Below are positions 10,801-19,330 of a stretch of DNA of 64,000 nucleotides, one piece after another. Each line of letters starts with the position of its first letter. Position 1 is the stretch's first letter. This stretch comes from a virus (lineage: Duplodnaviria; Caudoviricetes): IMG/VR virus record IMGVR_UViG_2687453683_000002, positions 56,235-120,234 of that record; one strand, 5' to 3'. The translations under genes and the position numbers were made by a program. The notes beneath the pieces are model-generated. The model saw only the letters and a list, made by a program, of their open reading frames with translations, made no database searches and was not told where the DNA came from.

Positions 10801-13108
10801 AAGATTGATACGTGCCAAACAAAGCATCATTGGTATCGCGAACGGTAGGGCTGTCTGCACCGGACAACTTCTGAGCAATGGCCTTAAACAGTTCTTCCTC
10901 TGGAACAAGAATCTTTGCTCCTGTGTCATCAACTTTCGCTAGACCAAGTTCCTGCAATTTTTTCATAGCCTCAGGAGATTGAAGTCTGTTGGCTACTTCT
11001 GCACCGTCGTCGCCGTAGTATGGATCAACCTGTGATTTATCCATTTTGTTCAGTGCATTAGGAGACCGTAACCTGCTCAGAATGGAGTTGTAGAAGTTAC
11101 TGACATTCGCCCCTTCAAGTGATTTTGCTTGGAGAGTCGTACCCGCCATAACGATTGCCGTTTCAGGGTCAACTTTGGAACTTGAACTTTTCAGTGCATC
11201 AATAATTTGCTCAATACTTGTTTTAGTCACGTCAGATACAACCGCCAAAGGTTGTGCGATTCTATCCTCCAGGTCAGCCACCCCAAGTCCAAACTGAGCC
11301 TTCGTTGAGGCAAGACCATTGGCAATATTGCCAGGGCTACTTCCAGGGGCTAGTGCATTCAACTGTGCAGTTACGCGGACAAACTCCTTCATCTCTACAG
11401 GGTCATCAAGCAAACCAGAAGCCATGCCCCCTACTTGATAAAGCTGTTTGTAATCCGTGCCATAAAACATAGACTGCTGTCTGATAAAGTTTTGCAGATC
11501 GCTGACCGTACTCTCCACGCCAGCCATGTTCGTCTTTTCAAGAGAGTTGCCGTCTTTGTCTTGGTTATATTCGTCCTTCTGCTTCAAGTTCTGCATCATT
11601 TTAAGCTTTTCAGGCTGAATATTCTTAAACGCCTCAACCGCTTTAGACATCGCCATCATTAGAGCATTATCGAAGGCTCCCGAAATTCTTTGACGCATGA
11701 TGTTGATGATTGCCCCTTGTACAGCTTCGGCGTTAACCGCTCCCGATCCACTATCCTTTTCACTGTTACTGCTTCCTTTGGATGCAGTTCCTCCACCGTC
11801 GCTGTGACTGTCAGAAGAAGACGAACCAGAACGAGGAGTAGAAAGGCCAAGTCCTCCTGCATTCCGAATCTGAGTATCACTGTTAAGTCCACCTGGTCCG
11901 GATTGAACCTTATTAATCTCTTGGATGATCGACTGCACCTGAACGTTTACCTGCTCACGGATTTTGTTAATTAACGCTTTGTTGAGGCGGTTAATCTGAT
12001 TCACGAGGTGATGCTTCAGCTTAGTTTCAGGGGTGATTTGCACATCATTTATTGCCGTTATTAATTGGTCAATCTCTTCCTGAACATTGTTGCTCAATTT
12101 CTTGTCAAGAGTCTTTGCCACTCGTTCAAGTTGAGCCTTCAATCCAGCGCCACGAATAGAGCCTAAATCGACCGTGCCGAGCGCTTCCAGCTTGTCCACC
12201 GTAGTGTCAAGTTCCTGAGCAAGAATCTTCTTGACCTTCTTGCTCAGGTCGCCTAACGGAATCTGCATCTTGCCCGCCATTGCAGTGTTAATTCCTGCAA
12301 CGGTTTTGTTGACGTATTCATTCAGGCTTTGTTCAAGTTCGTTAGGGATTCTCTTTACCTTGTCCGCAACTTCCATTCCGCTCATGTCAGGAACTTCAAC
12401 ATCTATTGCCTTCAACAATTTTTCCTTAGCTTCCTTGATTACCTTGTTCAAGTCTGCCTTGGAAATTTTCATGTCGCTGGCATCGGCTACGTCAAGGTTC
12501 TGAAGCATACTCACAATCTTTTGTTTGATTTTATTGACGAAAGCGATGACCGTTTCCTTGCCAATCGTAATCTGTAAACGGTCAAGAGTTTCCGATTTCA
12601 TCAGATTGGATTTTTGCTTCTGGATAGCACTGACAAGGTTTCGAATTTGTAGATTGATGACCTTGGCTACTTCTTTATTAATCTCGTTAAATCCATCTTT
12701 ACTGATAGGAAGCTGTTGCCCGCCGGCGTAGTTAGGGTCGATCTCAATGTGCATGTTACGAACGTACGTCCGCAACTCTTCATTAATTTCATTTTCAACT
12801 TTGCCCAAGATACCTTGAAAAGTCTCAGGTTTAACCGTGAGCCCAGCAGAACCTAACTGCTCAAGAACAATCCCGTTCCCTGTGATGAAATTGTTGAGTT
12901 CATTTGTCAACGACTGACGGAGATTGCTTCCAGCCCCACGTGATACCTGCGATTGCAAACCGGACAGAGACGAACGCATTGCGTCAATCCGCTGCTCCAA
13001 TCTACCAAAACGAGAATCGAGAGTTTCCATCTCCTGCCCATATCGAGCCATATGATCTATGGATTTCTGCAACTCTAAAATCACGTCAGTTTGGATTTTG
13101 TTGTTCAT
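7856..13108 (-). CDS. Phage tail tape measure protein
   Basis: 1750 aa, helical/coiled-coil composition, TMP core-like segment (LFGTYQSSKGAA), directly after the G/GT chaperone pair. Confidence 0.85.
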   Translation of the reverse strand: MNNKIQTDVILELQKSIDHMARYGQEMETLDSRFGRLEQRIDAMRSSLSGLQSQVSRGAGSNLRQSLTNELNNFITGNGIVLEQLGSAGLTVKPETFQGILGKVENEINEELRTYVRNMHIEIDPNYAGGQQLPISKDGFNEINKEVAKVINLQIRNLVSAIQKQKSNLMKSETLDRLQITIGKETVIAFVNKIKQKIVSMLQNLDVADASDMKISKADLNKVIKEAKEKLLKAIDVEVPDMSGMEVADKVKRIPNELEQSLNEYVNKTVAGINTAMAGKMQIPLGDLSKKVKKILAQELDTTVDKLEALGTVDLGSIRGAGLKAQLERVAKTLDKKLSNNVQEEIDQLITAINDVQITPETKLKHHLVNQINRLNKALINKIREQVNVQVQSIIQEINKVQSGPGGLNSDTQIRNAGGLGLSTPRSGSSSSDSHSDGGGTASKGSSNSEKDSGSGAVNAEAVQGAIINIMRQRISGAFDNALMMAMSKAVEAFKNIQPEKLKMMQNLKQKDEYNQDKDGNSLEKTNMAGVESTVSDLQNFIRQQSMFYGTDYKQLYQVGGMASGLLDDPVEMKEFVRVTAQLNALAPGSSPGNIANGLASTKAQFGLGVADLEDRIAQPLAVVSDVTKTSIEQIIDALKSSSSKVDPETAIVMAGTTLQAKSLEGANVSNFYNSILSRLRSPNALNKMDKSQVDPYYGDDGAEVANRLQSPEAMKKLQELGLAKVDDTGAKILVPEEELFKAIAQKLSGADSPTVRDTNDALFGTYQSSKGAATMHEIMNTFVKVMEVSGNFDKSKYENMVKSSVDNPLVNTKRAGQSITIAFDALVQEMTPTINKVSYALMNMAENVTKNAQLFVKLGDVLTNVLIGMMLLKGVKWGAGKIGANFERESARTSFLENVSGMNVDNSIKNMTRKEVGEMQKDPLLGGYLRDLNGLTEKQRKHYENYLDSNKVEVKDLPTLFSTMDEAKNWNPGKELTDDEKFDRTKQYNSRLSTRTELASVLTPSLLTTLNSSTANQGVFNTHRASDSNYSKLSDRMSQMSQGDFQGFEDHLVDRQRNGLPPIDDIQKLSTAMDDYEKTQREAAASARQASPAFGDLSNAVRGMNSGMSSTASLKNGFKQFLKDIPDLSKGALVSVKNLAGGFAKMAMEIAGAIGLAQAAKGLTESYLSTDDERLLAQADDRDNDLKGMANTFNALAEGGWAKNRNNLMGLFYSAKNGISSFFGGTPSDLGVFEAQGGPSNPFKTKGYKPEELGIMGEIMNYYNFSGTGEEFSKWLKQREASGGQTVEEAVAEFNAKSGRAAETEKMRQKAINKQYEATKLKEAEDKRLQENAEKEYDEKYKEGAAEFSSIDSGSVLSRVSDRINEIKDTSQIDTLRALMSGMKTDSDEYIALRKNQTESMRQVLNEELDIIDKYIANAKAVMDSADPESQEYADAKTAYDNLTSTRDKVASEGEVDILQQEWNTKQETYQGQVRKVNNSLSRIDLIAQAKELAAAYNMDTQSQEYLDTMKKITLNKLSQMKNELANLQAIQAIGDLSEDQATQVLQLQNTIANEQALIKEYNLASIGIGRAKIQDNSSDRENELLELKLRTGNPDDSSPILRNKRIANAKEEVSEINQVIADLRAKLPAAGADETTKINAEIRDLQKQSLQAQLGILDEMKSTAGTFNMPNGVSAMSRYEYLTRGNTHNTTTIGTGDVTVNITLPNITNGMTNRQLQQVGQSIGQGLSVGRVGSLRSQQAMNPSNYRS

Positions 13109-13172
13109 AGTCTCACCACCCTCATAAAATAAAACTCCTGCCCCTCCCTAGAAGGAAGCAGAGCAGGAGGAT

Positions 13173-13517
13173 TTATAATAGCTGTGCAAGGTAATTCATA
13201 TCTTCCGCATCGGCTACTTTATAACCATTCACGTATTTACCGTCAGTTGTTACTTCCTCTTCACTGGTTGAATCACCAGCAGGAACGCTTCCGCCGAACA
13301 GGCCGCCAAGCGACATGGTAGAAACCTTGATCGTAAACTGAATGTGTTCGTTGCATTGTTCCAAGTAGTAACCTAACTGAGGTAAGGTTAACTGCCACAC
13401 ATCATGCTTTTTCAAGTGGCAGTAGTGGGCAAGTTTGAAGAAGATGTTAGCCCAATCGACAGGCGGCTGACTGTCATAGTCTTCTTCCTCTTCCAGAGTG
13501 GTTACATGGACTTTTTT
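13173..13517 (-). CDS. Tail assembly chaperone T portion (gpGT), reached by -1 frameshift
   Basis: The -1 frame continues KKVHVTTLEEE...VWQLTLPQLGYYL from the slippery site; no clear RBS of its own. Confidence 0.75.
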   Translation of the reverse strand, partial: KKVHVTTLEEEEDYDSQPPVDWANIFFKLAHYCHLKKHDVWQLTLPQLGYYLEQCNEHIQFTIKVSTMSLGGLFGGSVPAGDSTSEEEVTTDGKYVNGYKVADAEDMNYLAQLL

Positions 13518-13960
13518 AGCCCATTGAGACCAATCATGCAATCGATAATCTGTTTAGCCGTCTCCAAATCAACGTACTCTCCAAGATGCTCGACCGTCAT
13601 GTGTTTGTAATATGGCTTAAATGCCATAAGGAGCACTTCAAGCAATTCTTCAAATCTATCTTCCTCATCTTCAGGGATAAGGTTAGCGATGATTACACCG
13701 GAATCAATCGTATTAAGTCTCTTCATCAATCTTCGAGCATCAAGCAACCCTAGTGGTGGGATGTAATAGGTCTTACCGTCACGTAAGCGAACCTGTTCAT
13801 CTGTCTCGAAGAATACTTTCTCACGAATGTCAGCTTCCTCTTGGGTCAGTGGCTTCTTCTCTTCTTCAGCTGTTACCTGTGGAGTCTGCTCTTCTACTTG
13901 ACTGGCCACTTCTTCAGCGATGCCACCAGCTTTTGGAATAACTAAATCTCGTTCACTCAT
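13502..13960 (-). CDS. Tail assembly chaperone (gpG-like)
   Basis: Acidic ORF between tail tube and tape measure; start MSERDL at 13960 behind AGGGGG; ends GLKKSM. Confidence 0.8.
   Translation of the reverse strand: MSERDLVIPKAGGIAEEVASQVEEQTPQVTAEEEKKPLTQEEADIREKVFFETDEQVRLRDGKTYYIPPLGLLDARRLMKRLNTIDSGVIIANLIPEDEEDRFEELLEVLLMAFKPYYKHMTVEHLGEYVDLETAKQIIDCMIGLNGLKKSM
13511..13517 (-). other. -1 programmed ribosomal frameshift heptamer A AAA AAG
   Basis: CTA AAA AAG TCC ATG TAA at the end of gpG; a -1 shift joins the downstream ORF. Confidence 0.8.
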
Positions 13961-14119
13961 TTTAATAGCCCCCTTTATAATTCTCCCCCAAGAAAAGTGA
14001 ATCGAATTGACCACAGAGCGGGGGAAGTCCCTGCAATCAACTCACAGAACATTCTAAGGAAGTAAACCTAGACTCTAACATTAGGTATGTAAAAAGACTC
14101 CCCGAAGGGAGTCTAGTGA

Positions 14120-15178
14120 TTAGCAATCTTCCGCAGAAACAGAACCAACTTCGTAGCGCTTGATAGAACCAAGCTTACCGTCCGGACGTTCAGGGTCGAT
14201 TACAGTTAGCGTTACGCTATGCGTGGACGCTTGTTGACGTTGTGCGTCAAGCGTGAAGTTGGACTTCACACGGCATTGGAACAATTCGGTTTGATAACCT
14301 TGGATTGTACCGTCCTTCTGCTCGAACTGACCATCGTGAACAACGTGTACTGTCAACGGCATGTCCTTGTTTGTGATATCGAGGATATCAACAACTTCGT
14401 TCCGCTTGTAGTTGACGTAAATGTTTACGTCCTTGAGGGCCGAGTTGAACTTCAGAATGCCGCCACTTACTACGTACTGGTCTTCAGTAGGCGTAGAGCT
14501 AGTCGTTTTCTTCAGCAATTTGTTACCTTGCAGAGTACGAACAGAAATCTGAGGGTCAACGTTCAAGGATGCTCCGTACACAAGATCAACAGTAAAGTCT
14601 GAGCCGTTCTGTTTAACCGTGTGCTTTTCTTCCAGCACCCACACGAAGCCGTCAGGGTCTGGTGTAATCCCAGCCAGTGCCGCAGCATAAACGATAACAA
14701 CCGTTTTACCTGCCAGCGCCATATCGAATACGACATCCTGACCCGTTACCGTAACGTCTGCACTCAGGTCAGCGCCGCCCACAGCACCCTCGAAAGACTT
14801 AGGTTTTGGAGAAGCGAGAGCGACTTGGGTAAGTTTCGCTTGATACGGAGAAGCGGAAGGGACTACAAAGGTCTCAGTGACCATGCTGTAGGCCGAACCA
14901 GAAATACCTTCACGGAGTTTCGAGCCAGTAGCCAAACGTACAAGGTTAAGGTCGAACTTAGCGGATTCCGCTGTGATATCAATTGTCTTCTTACGAAGCA
15001 ACGTATCCAGTGCTACGCTAGAGTCGCCGCCCTCAATGTCCTGCATGTCCAGCTGAATATCCAGACGCATGTTGTTCAGCGTACCGATTGTAACGAGGTC
15101 GTCACAGTTCGGGATTTTCGCCATGAACTTACCAGCGCCCTTAATCAACATTTTTTTGTTCTTAGTAACCTTACTCAT
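14120..15178 (-). CDS. Major tail tube protein, probably with inserted Ig-like/beta-sandwich domains
   Basis: 352 aa; N-terminal LIKGAGKF and C-terminal beta-rich tube-like segments flank an insert; position upstream of the chaperones; followed by terminator GACTCCC-TTCG-GGAGTC-TTTT. Confidence 0.7.
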   Translation of the reverse strand: MSKVTKNKKMLIKGAGKFMAKIPNCDDLVTIGTLNNMRLDIQLDMQDIEGGDSSVALDTLLRKKTIDITAESAKFDLNLVRLATGSKLREGISGSAYSMVTETFVVPSASPYQAKLTQVALASPKPKSFEGAVGGADLSADVTVTGQDVVFDMALAGKTVVIVYAAALAGITPDPDGFVWVLEEKHTVKQNGSDFTVDLVYGASLNVDPQISVRTLQGNKLLKKTTSSTPTEDQYVVSGGILKFNSALKDVNIYVNYKRNEVVDILDITNKDMPLTVHVVHDGQFEQKDGTIQGYQTELFQCRVKSNFTLDAQRQQASTHSVTLTVIDPERPDGKLGSIKRYEVGSVSAEDC

Positions 15179-15640
15179 TCAGAAAACCTCCTTATATTCA
15201 TCTATCCCAATGGTGAAGCATATTTGGGTGAAATACTTGTAGGTGTTCTCTAGATCGATGTCATCTTCAGCACTAGTGACATACTCACCTTTGAACACAC
15301 TTCCTTTCGGCATCCAGAAGTAATGATCGTCGAAAATCTGGCAAATACGGTCAGCGATGTTCACTGCCAGTTCCACGTCATCCTGTGTATAGATATCGAA
15401 GTCAACGATGAACCTATACTCAAGGTGATTCTCGCCTCTTGCGCCGGGATTTTTGTAGAACGTCATCAAGGGCAAGTTGTGCTGAACGAAGTTCTGCGGC
15501 TTCTTTCTCTTCTGAATCTTCGTTCCCAATTCCTCCAGAGATGCGTCTGCCGCAAGCCCTAGCATGGCAAAAATCTCAGGATCTTGACGAAGCTTGGAAT
15601 GAATACAGGCGTAAACATCAGAGACGCTGATCTTTCCCAC
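15179..15640 (-). CDS. Tail terminator / tail completion protein
   Basis: GTG start at 15640; pattern VDFDIYT...AVNIADRICQIF typical of gpU/gp17-like proteins; directly upstream of the tube gene. Confidence 0.6.
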   Translation of the reverse strand: MGKISVSDVYACIHSKLRQDPEIFAMLGLAADASLEELGTKIQKRKKPQNFVQHNLPLMTFYKNPGARGENHLEYRFIVDFDIYTQDDVELAVNIADRICQIFDDHYFWMPKGSVFKGEYVTSAEDDIDLENTYKYFTQICFTIGIDEYKEVF

Positions 15641-15644
15641 ATCA

Positions 15645-15860
15645 TCACATCCTCTTATGAATGCTTCGTATACCAATATAAGTTGAAATGGGTATATTTC
15701 TAACCGCCCTGCGTACTGCGTTGTCCACCATTGAAATGAATTCATTAAGGCTATATTCGAACAGTGAGACGGTGGAATCTCTACCTAAATGGTTCTTTTT
15801 CATTCTATTAGGAGGGCTCCTGACGTTGAACTCATGGATGTTGTCGCCAAGTCTACCCAC
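15645..15860 (-). pseudogene. Probable 5'-truncated neck/tail-completion gene remnant
   Basis: Short 71-aa frame abutting the tail terminator gene, with no convincing RBS or start. Confidence 0.3.
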
Positions 15861-15934
15861 TGCCCATAGGGTTTTTAGAAGCTAAGTGGCTGGTGTGTGT
15901 TCTATCGAGGACCTTCCATCCCAAGCGTACTTCT

Positions 15935-16273
15935 TTACTTGATTTCGATAATGGATGCCACAGGCTGGCTACCCGAAGTCATAAATAGCTTCCGAGCCTT
16001 GAACGCCTTTTGCTCCTTGAAAAGCAAACGTTGATCTTCATTGCCCACTCGGAGATTCGGTTTGTCACTGACATAGATATCTCCGAAGCCCAAGTTCTCG
16101 ACAATCAAGGTGGTATCTTCTTCTTGAGCGTTATAAATGAACTGACCCATGATAGAAAGTTGTTGGGTAAACTCTGCTACTACGTCGCCCTTCAATCCAT
16201 CTAGGCTAACCGTTTCAGTCTCTTTCTCAGGGGCTTTAGAAGTCCTCTTCCGTTTGTTTGTTGTTCCTGCCAT
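15935..16273 (-). CDS. Hypothetical phage protein, first gene of the retained operon
   Basis: 112-aa ORF with a GAGGGGAG RBS. Confidence 0.6.
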   Translation of the reverse strand: MAGTTNKRKRTSKAPEKETETVSLDGLKGDVVAEFTQQLSIMGQFIYNAQEEDTTLIVENLGFGDIYVSDKPNLRVGNEDQRLLFKEQKAFKARKLFMTSGSQPVASIIEIK

Positions 16274-16599
16274 TTTTAAAACGCTCCCCTCATTGTGATA
16301 TGTAATAATTCAAACCAAGTAAAAAGTCGTCCACTAATTTCTGACCAGACTTGTGTTCAGACGGGTAAACATGTTCTTTCAGCATCCCAAACTCCTTACA
16401 CCTTTCTATCTTTGTCACAAGTCATTATAGGGTGTAGACCTTTCGTTAACTTAAAGTAGGTCGTATTTACCTGCTGTAAGTACATTATAGGTAGGTGGAG
16501 TCTCGCTTTAACCGAAAGCTTTTAAAAACAAATAGCGTGACCCGCAGGGTAACGCCAAGCTTTGCCATAGTTTTACTCAGTGAGTATTTTCACTACCCC

Positions 16600-17000
16600 T
16601 TGCCTATGTTTTATTATTCTATATATCTTTCTTTTATATCTCTTAATCTTTTATATCTCTTTATACGGTGTAAACTTTACAATACAGAACTCACAACAAA
16701 TGCACTTTTTACACTTCATAGGGGTCTGTATGGTAAAACATACACTTCAGACCTGAATGGTAAACTGTACACTTCAGACATAACATGCAGTAAGTATCTG
16801 GCGGCTGACCTATTCGAGAGAGGGTTGAATGCTTCGGCTATTACCACATACCTTGGGTGACTAAGCTTCTGAGCGATGGTAGGAAGGAGTTCCCGTTGCA
16901 AGATGAAATCGTAAAGCTGACTAAACTGAGCAGGAAAACAGTTGTCATATCGTTACAGGCTTTGGAGGATTGCGGACTACTGGTCTACGTTTATACCAAA
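16600..17000. pseudogene. Probable remnant of a phage replication initiator/origin with short iterons
   Basis: TACACTTCA three times (16710, 16741, 16768), two of them preceded by ATGGTAAA, next to a purine-skewed AAAGA/GATATA tract; frames are broken. Confidence 0.35.
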
Positions 17001-17084
17001 AGAAACAGAGCCACGGCGTAAGTTGCCTGTGGCTTTGTCTTTAGTTTCTGGATCCCCCCCATGAGGGAAGGCATTGGCCAGTGT

Positions 17085-17155
17085 TCCAGTTCTTCAGGGT
17101 CTTTTGCAAAGTCCATGTTCAAGTCTTCCCATTTGATGTTCGGGTTGATTTCCCT
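17085..17155 (-). pseudogene. Possible terminase large-subunit fragment
   Basis: Translates EINPNIKWEDLNMDFAKDPEE, resembling the (TW)E(I/V)NP...DF..DP motif of phage terminases; flanks disrupted. Confidence 0.3.
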
Positions 17156-17393
17156 CGATGCCCGATGACATTATCTCTGGAAACTCAGGGTCTTGTCCCT
17201 GCTTGTACTTGTACATCTCTTCCGAATCGGCAAATTCAGCTATATCAATCCATCCCTTCTAAGTGCATATCAAAACGTTCAATCATAAACTCGAAAACGG
17301 CAGACAGGTTTCCCTCAAAATAGTGGTCAGCTACCTCCTGCAAATACTTTTTATTCTCTGGAGTTGTTCTCAAGTAGATCCTCTCTGTTTTCA

Positions 17394-17654
17394 TCACGAT
17401 AACCCTCTCTCCTTCATACACGGTCTACAGCCAGTGAGTGTTTTTGGCAGAACTTGCATCCGCTGGTTAGAATCATCTAACTCTTCAGGCAAGACCAAGT
17501 AGCCATATCGGTTCATGACTTTTCCTGTAATTTTACCGATACAATGGAGACAAAGCAGGGGTTCTCCTTGAAGCCCTTCGGCAACAAAGTTCTCCCTTGC
17601 TTTATCTGTGACGTACCTGAACTCGCACTTAATGCACTTGACTAGCTTATCCAC
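17394..17654 (-). CDS. Small zinc-ribbon phage protein
   Basis: CxxC pairs (CIKC, CLHC, CRPC). Confidence 0.5.
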   Translation of the reverse strand: MDKLVKCIKCEFRYVTDKARENFVAEGLQGEPLLCLHCIGKITGKVMNRYGYLVLPEELDDSNQRMQVLPKTLTGCRPCMKERGLS

Positions 17655-18169
17655 TTTACGTCAATCCCTTTGTTCGACTTCTTACCGGAAAGAGTCAAGT
17701 GTGCTTGAGATGGGAACGATTCTTCAAAGCCATCACGCTCCGCGTACTCCGCAGTGTTAACAATCGTATTTCGGCAAACCAGCCAAGGCTTCTCTTCTCG
17801 AACCAACAATCCATTGTACGTGTCAATAGCGGATCTCTTGATTGGCTTACTAAATTCCTTGTGCCAATGCCTACAATATGTAACGTTTAAAGGTTTTACA
17901 GGCTCAAGCTTGTCCATTACAAAATAAATTGGTTCTCTTGGATACATATATTGTATATATATTCCACCTTTACCGAGTTTTATGACTCCTTCAATATAGT
18001 CACCGTTCAGTAGATTACGAATGTTATGTTCATTAGTCTTGGCGAAGTCAATCGCTCTATCAAGCAACCTAATATCAGCGGCTTCAGGCCCGATATGCGA
18101 ATCATTAAGTAATAGTACATTCAAGTTCTTCACCAATGGGGCGTTAAAACCTGATTTCAGGTATTTCAT
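17642..18169 (-). pseudogene. Calcineurin-like metallophosphoesterase, internally deleted
   Basis: LNDSHIG and NGDY motifs present, GNH(D/E) motif absent, protein too short. Confidence 0.5.
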
Positions 18170-18171
18170 TG

Positions 18172-18414
18172 TTATCCTCCTAGTCCAAGTAATTTTCTCC
18201 GTATCTCCGCTTTCTTCTTATCTTTAGCACAAGGTCGGCACTCGTAAATTCCCATGTACCTATCCACTAACTCTTGATAAGGAACATTCAAGGTATCCGA
18301 TAGACAGTGGATACATTTACTGCCTTCCGTCTCATAGATAGTGGCTAGAGCCTTTGCATTCTGCGTAATAAACCTTCCGCAACCGCATTTCAATATGACC
18401 ACCTCATTTACCAA
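18172..18414 (-). CDS. Small Cys-rich phage protein
   Basis: CGCG, CIHC, CRPC; similar in pattern to 17394-17654. Confidence 0.45.
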   Translation of the reverse strand: MVNEVVILKCGCGRFITQNAKALATIYETEGSKCIHCLSDTLNVPYQELVDRYMGIYECRPCAKDKKKAEIRRKLLGLGG

Positions 18415-18720
18415 TATAGGTAGGTTTGTTCGTACTTAAACTTTTTGTACGTACTAGACGCAACCTTTCACGTAGATGGCTCGACTGCTGAAAATGTATA
18501 GAGCAACCTAGTGAGATAATTGAAAAAGTTTTATTAACTAGAAAGTACAATCCTAGACGTACATATCAATCATGTGCAAGCCAACTGACCATTCTCGAAA
18601 TTGACTAGTGTGAAAGACTTGGTGTTCGTGGCGAAATAGTAAACTTGTGTGGGGGTTGCTAGAGTTAAATATGCGGTGAGAACAGACGGACCCGTGCCAA
18701 TGCGGGGGCGCGTGTTGATT

Positions 18721-18773
18721 CTCAGAGCGGTCTCATACGCCGCTTCTCAAGGGTTCAATTCCCGTCAAGACCA
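18721..18773 (+). pseudogene. 3' half of a tRNA with CAT anticodon (Met/Ile2)
   Basis: Anticodon arm GCGGT-CTCATAC-GCCGC, T arm GGG-TTCAATT-CCC, 3' CAAGACCA; the 5' acceptor strand is missing. Confidence 0.55.
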
Positions 18774-18779
18774 GCATAT

Positions 18780-18857
18780 CGGGATGTGGAAAAGTTTGGA
18801 GTTCTCGCTTGCCTTGGAAGCAAGAGAACGCAGGTTCAAGTCCTGCCATTCCGACCA
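18780..18857 (+). tRNA. tRNA-Pro(UGG), phage-type
   Basis: Acceptor CGGGATG/CATTCCG, anticodon arm CTTGC-CTTGGAA-GCAAG, T arm GCAGG-TTCAAGT-CCTGC, encoded CCA. Confidence 0.85.
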
Positions 18858-18858
18858 T

Positions 18859-18933
18859 CGGGAAGTAGCTGAAATAGATTAGCGGCGGTGTGAAATACCG
18901 TAGATATTGGTGCGTTACCAACCTTTTCGACCG
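18859..18933 (+). tRNA. Degenerate tRNA-like gene with GAA (Phe) anticodon, probably a pseudogene
   Basis: Acceptor CGGGAAG/CTTTTCG, D arm GCT..AGC, anticodon arm GCGGT-GTGAAAT-ACCGT; non-canonical T loop and CCG end. Confidence 0.5.
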
Positions 18934-19069
18934 TATGCTCTCTTAATTTAATGGAATTTTATGTTCATTTTTAAGTTATGCACTAATCTTAACTTCATTT
19001 ATTTTGTGAAGTAAAGATTAGTGCATAAAGAAAAATCCCTCACGCCATGTGGCGCAAGGGATTTGGGGA

Positions 19070-19122
19070 TTAGTACAACGTGATATATTGATCGCGTTCC
19101 CATTGGTGGACTTGTGTACGGT
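19070..19122 (-). mobile_element. glnA: Attachment-site core: duplicated 3' end of the glutamine synthetase gene
   Basis: Translates RTQVHQWERDQYITLY-stop, matching the type I GlnA C-terminus of bacilli, with no upstream gene body; terminator-like hairpin at ~19030-19065. Confidence 0.8.
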
Positions 19123-19224
19123 TTATGTTCCTAGCTTTCAAATGGAATCATTTACTGTACCAAATCCGTGTAAATCAGCTTTTTCTCCTGTTCATTTTTC
19201 AAAGGATTTCTTATTTTATTATAG

Positions 19225-19257
19225 TTTTGTGGGCATTTTGTGGGCGCTTTTGTGGGC
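19225..19257 (+). repeat. Three direct repeats TTTTGTGGGC, putative tyrosine-integrase arm-type sites
   Basis: Copies at 19225, 19236 and 19248, about 100 bp inside the att core. Confidence 0.6.
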
Positions 19258-19330
19258 GCCCATACCATTTTCAAATATTATCTAAACCCATTTTGTACAA
19301 ATAAAAAAAGTCTGTTTGAGTTTAGTATAT

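Larger units (their letters stand above)
1..16273 (-). mobile_element. Phage-derived non-contractile tail operon with no head or packaging genes seen in the window (cryptic prophage or candidate F-type tailocin); continues beyond the window start
   Basis: Canonical siphophage order on the minus strand: tail terminator, tail tube, G/GT chaperone, tape measure, Dit-like, Tal/hub, distal proteins. All are long open frames with RBSs. Confidence 0.8.

Noticed and set aside
14060-18565. Recurrent (C)TAGAC words upstream of phage genes (~14068, 16435, 18455, 18553) as a late-promoter motif
   Set aside because: Only 5-6 bp with no consistent second element or spacing; could be chance.
19225-19257. 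Short direct repeats as a mini-CRISPR or iterons
   Set aside because: Only 10-bp units with 1-2 bp spacing next to an att core; better explained as integrase arm sites.
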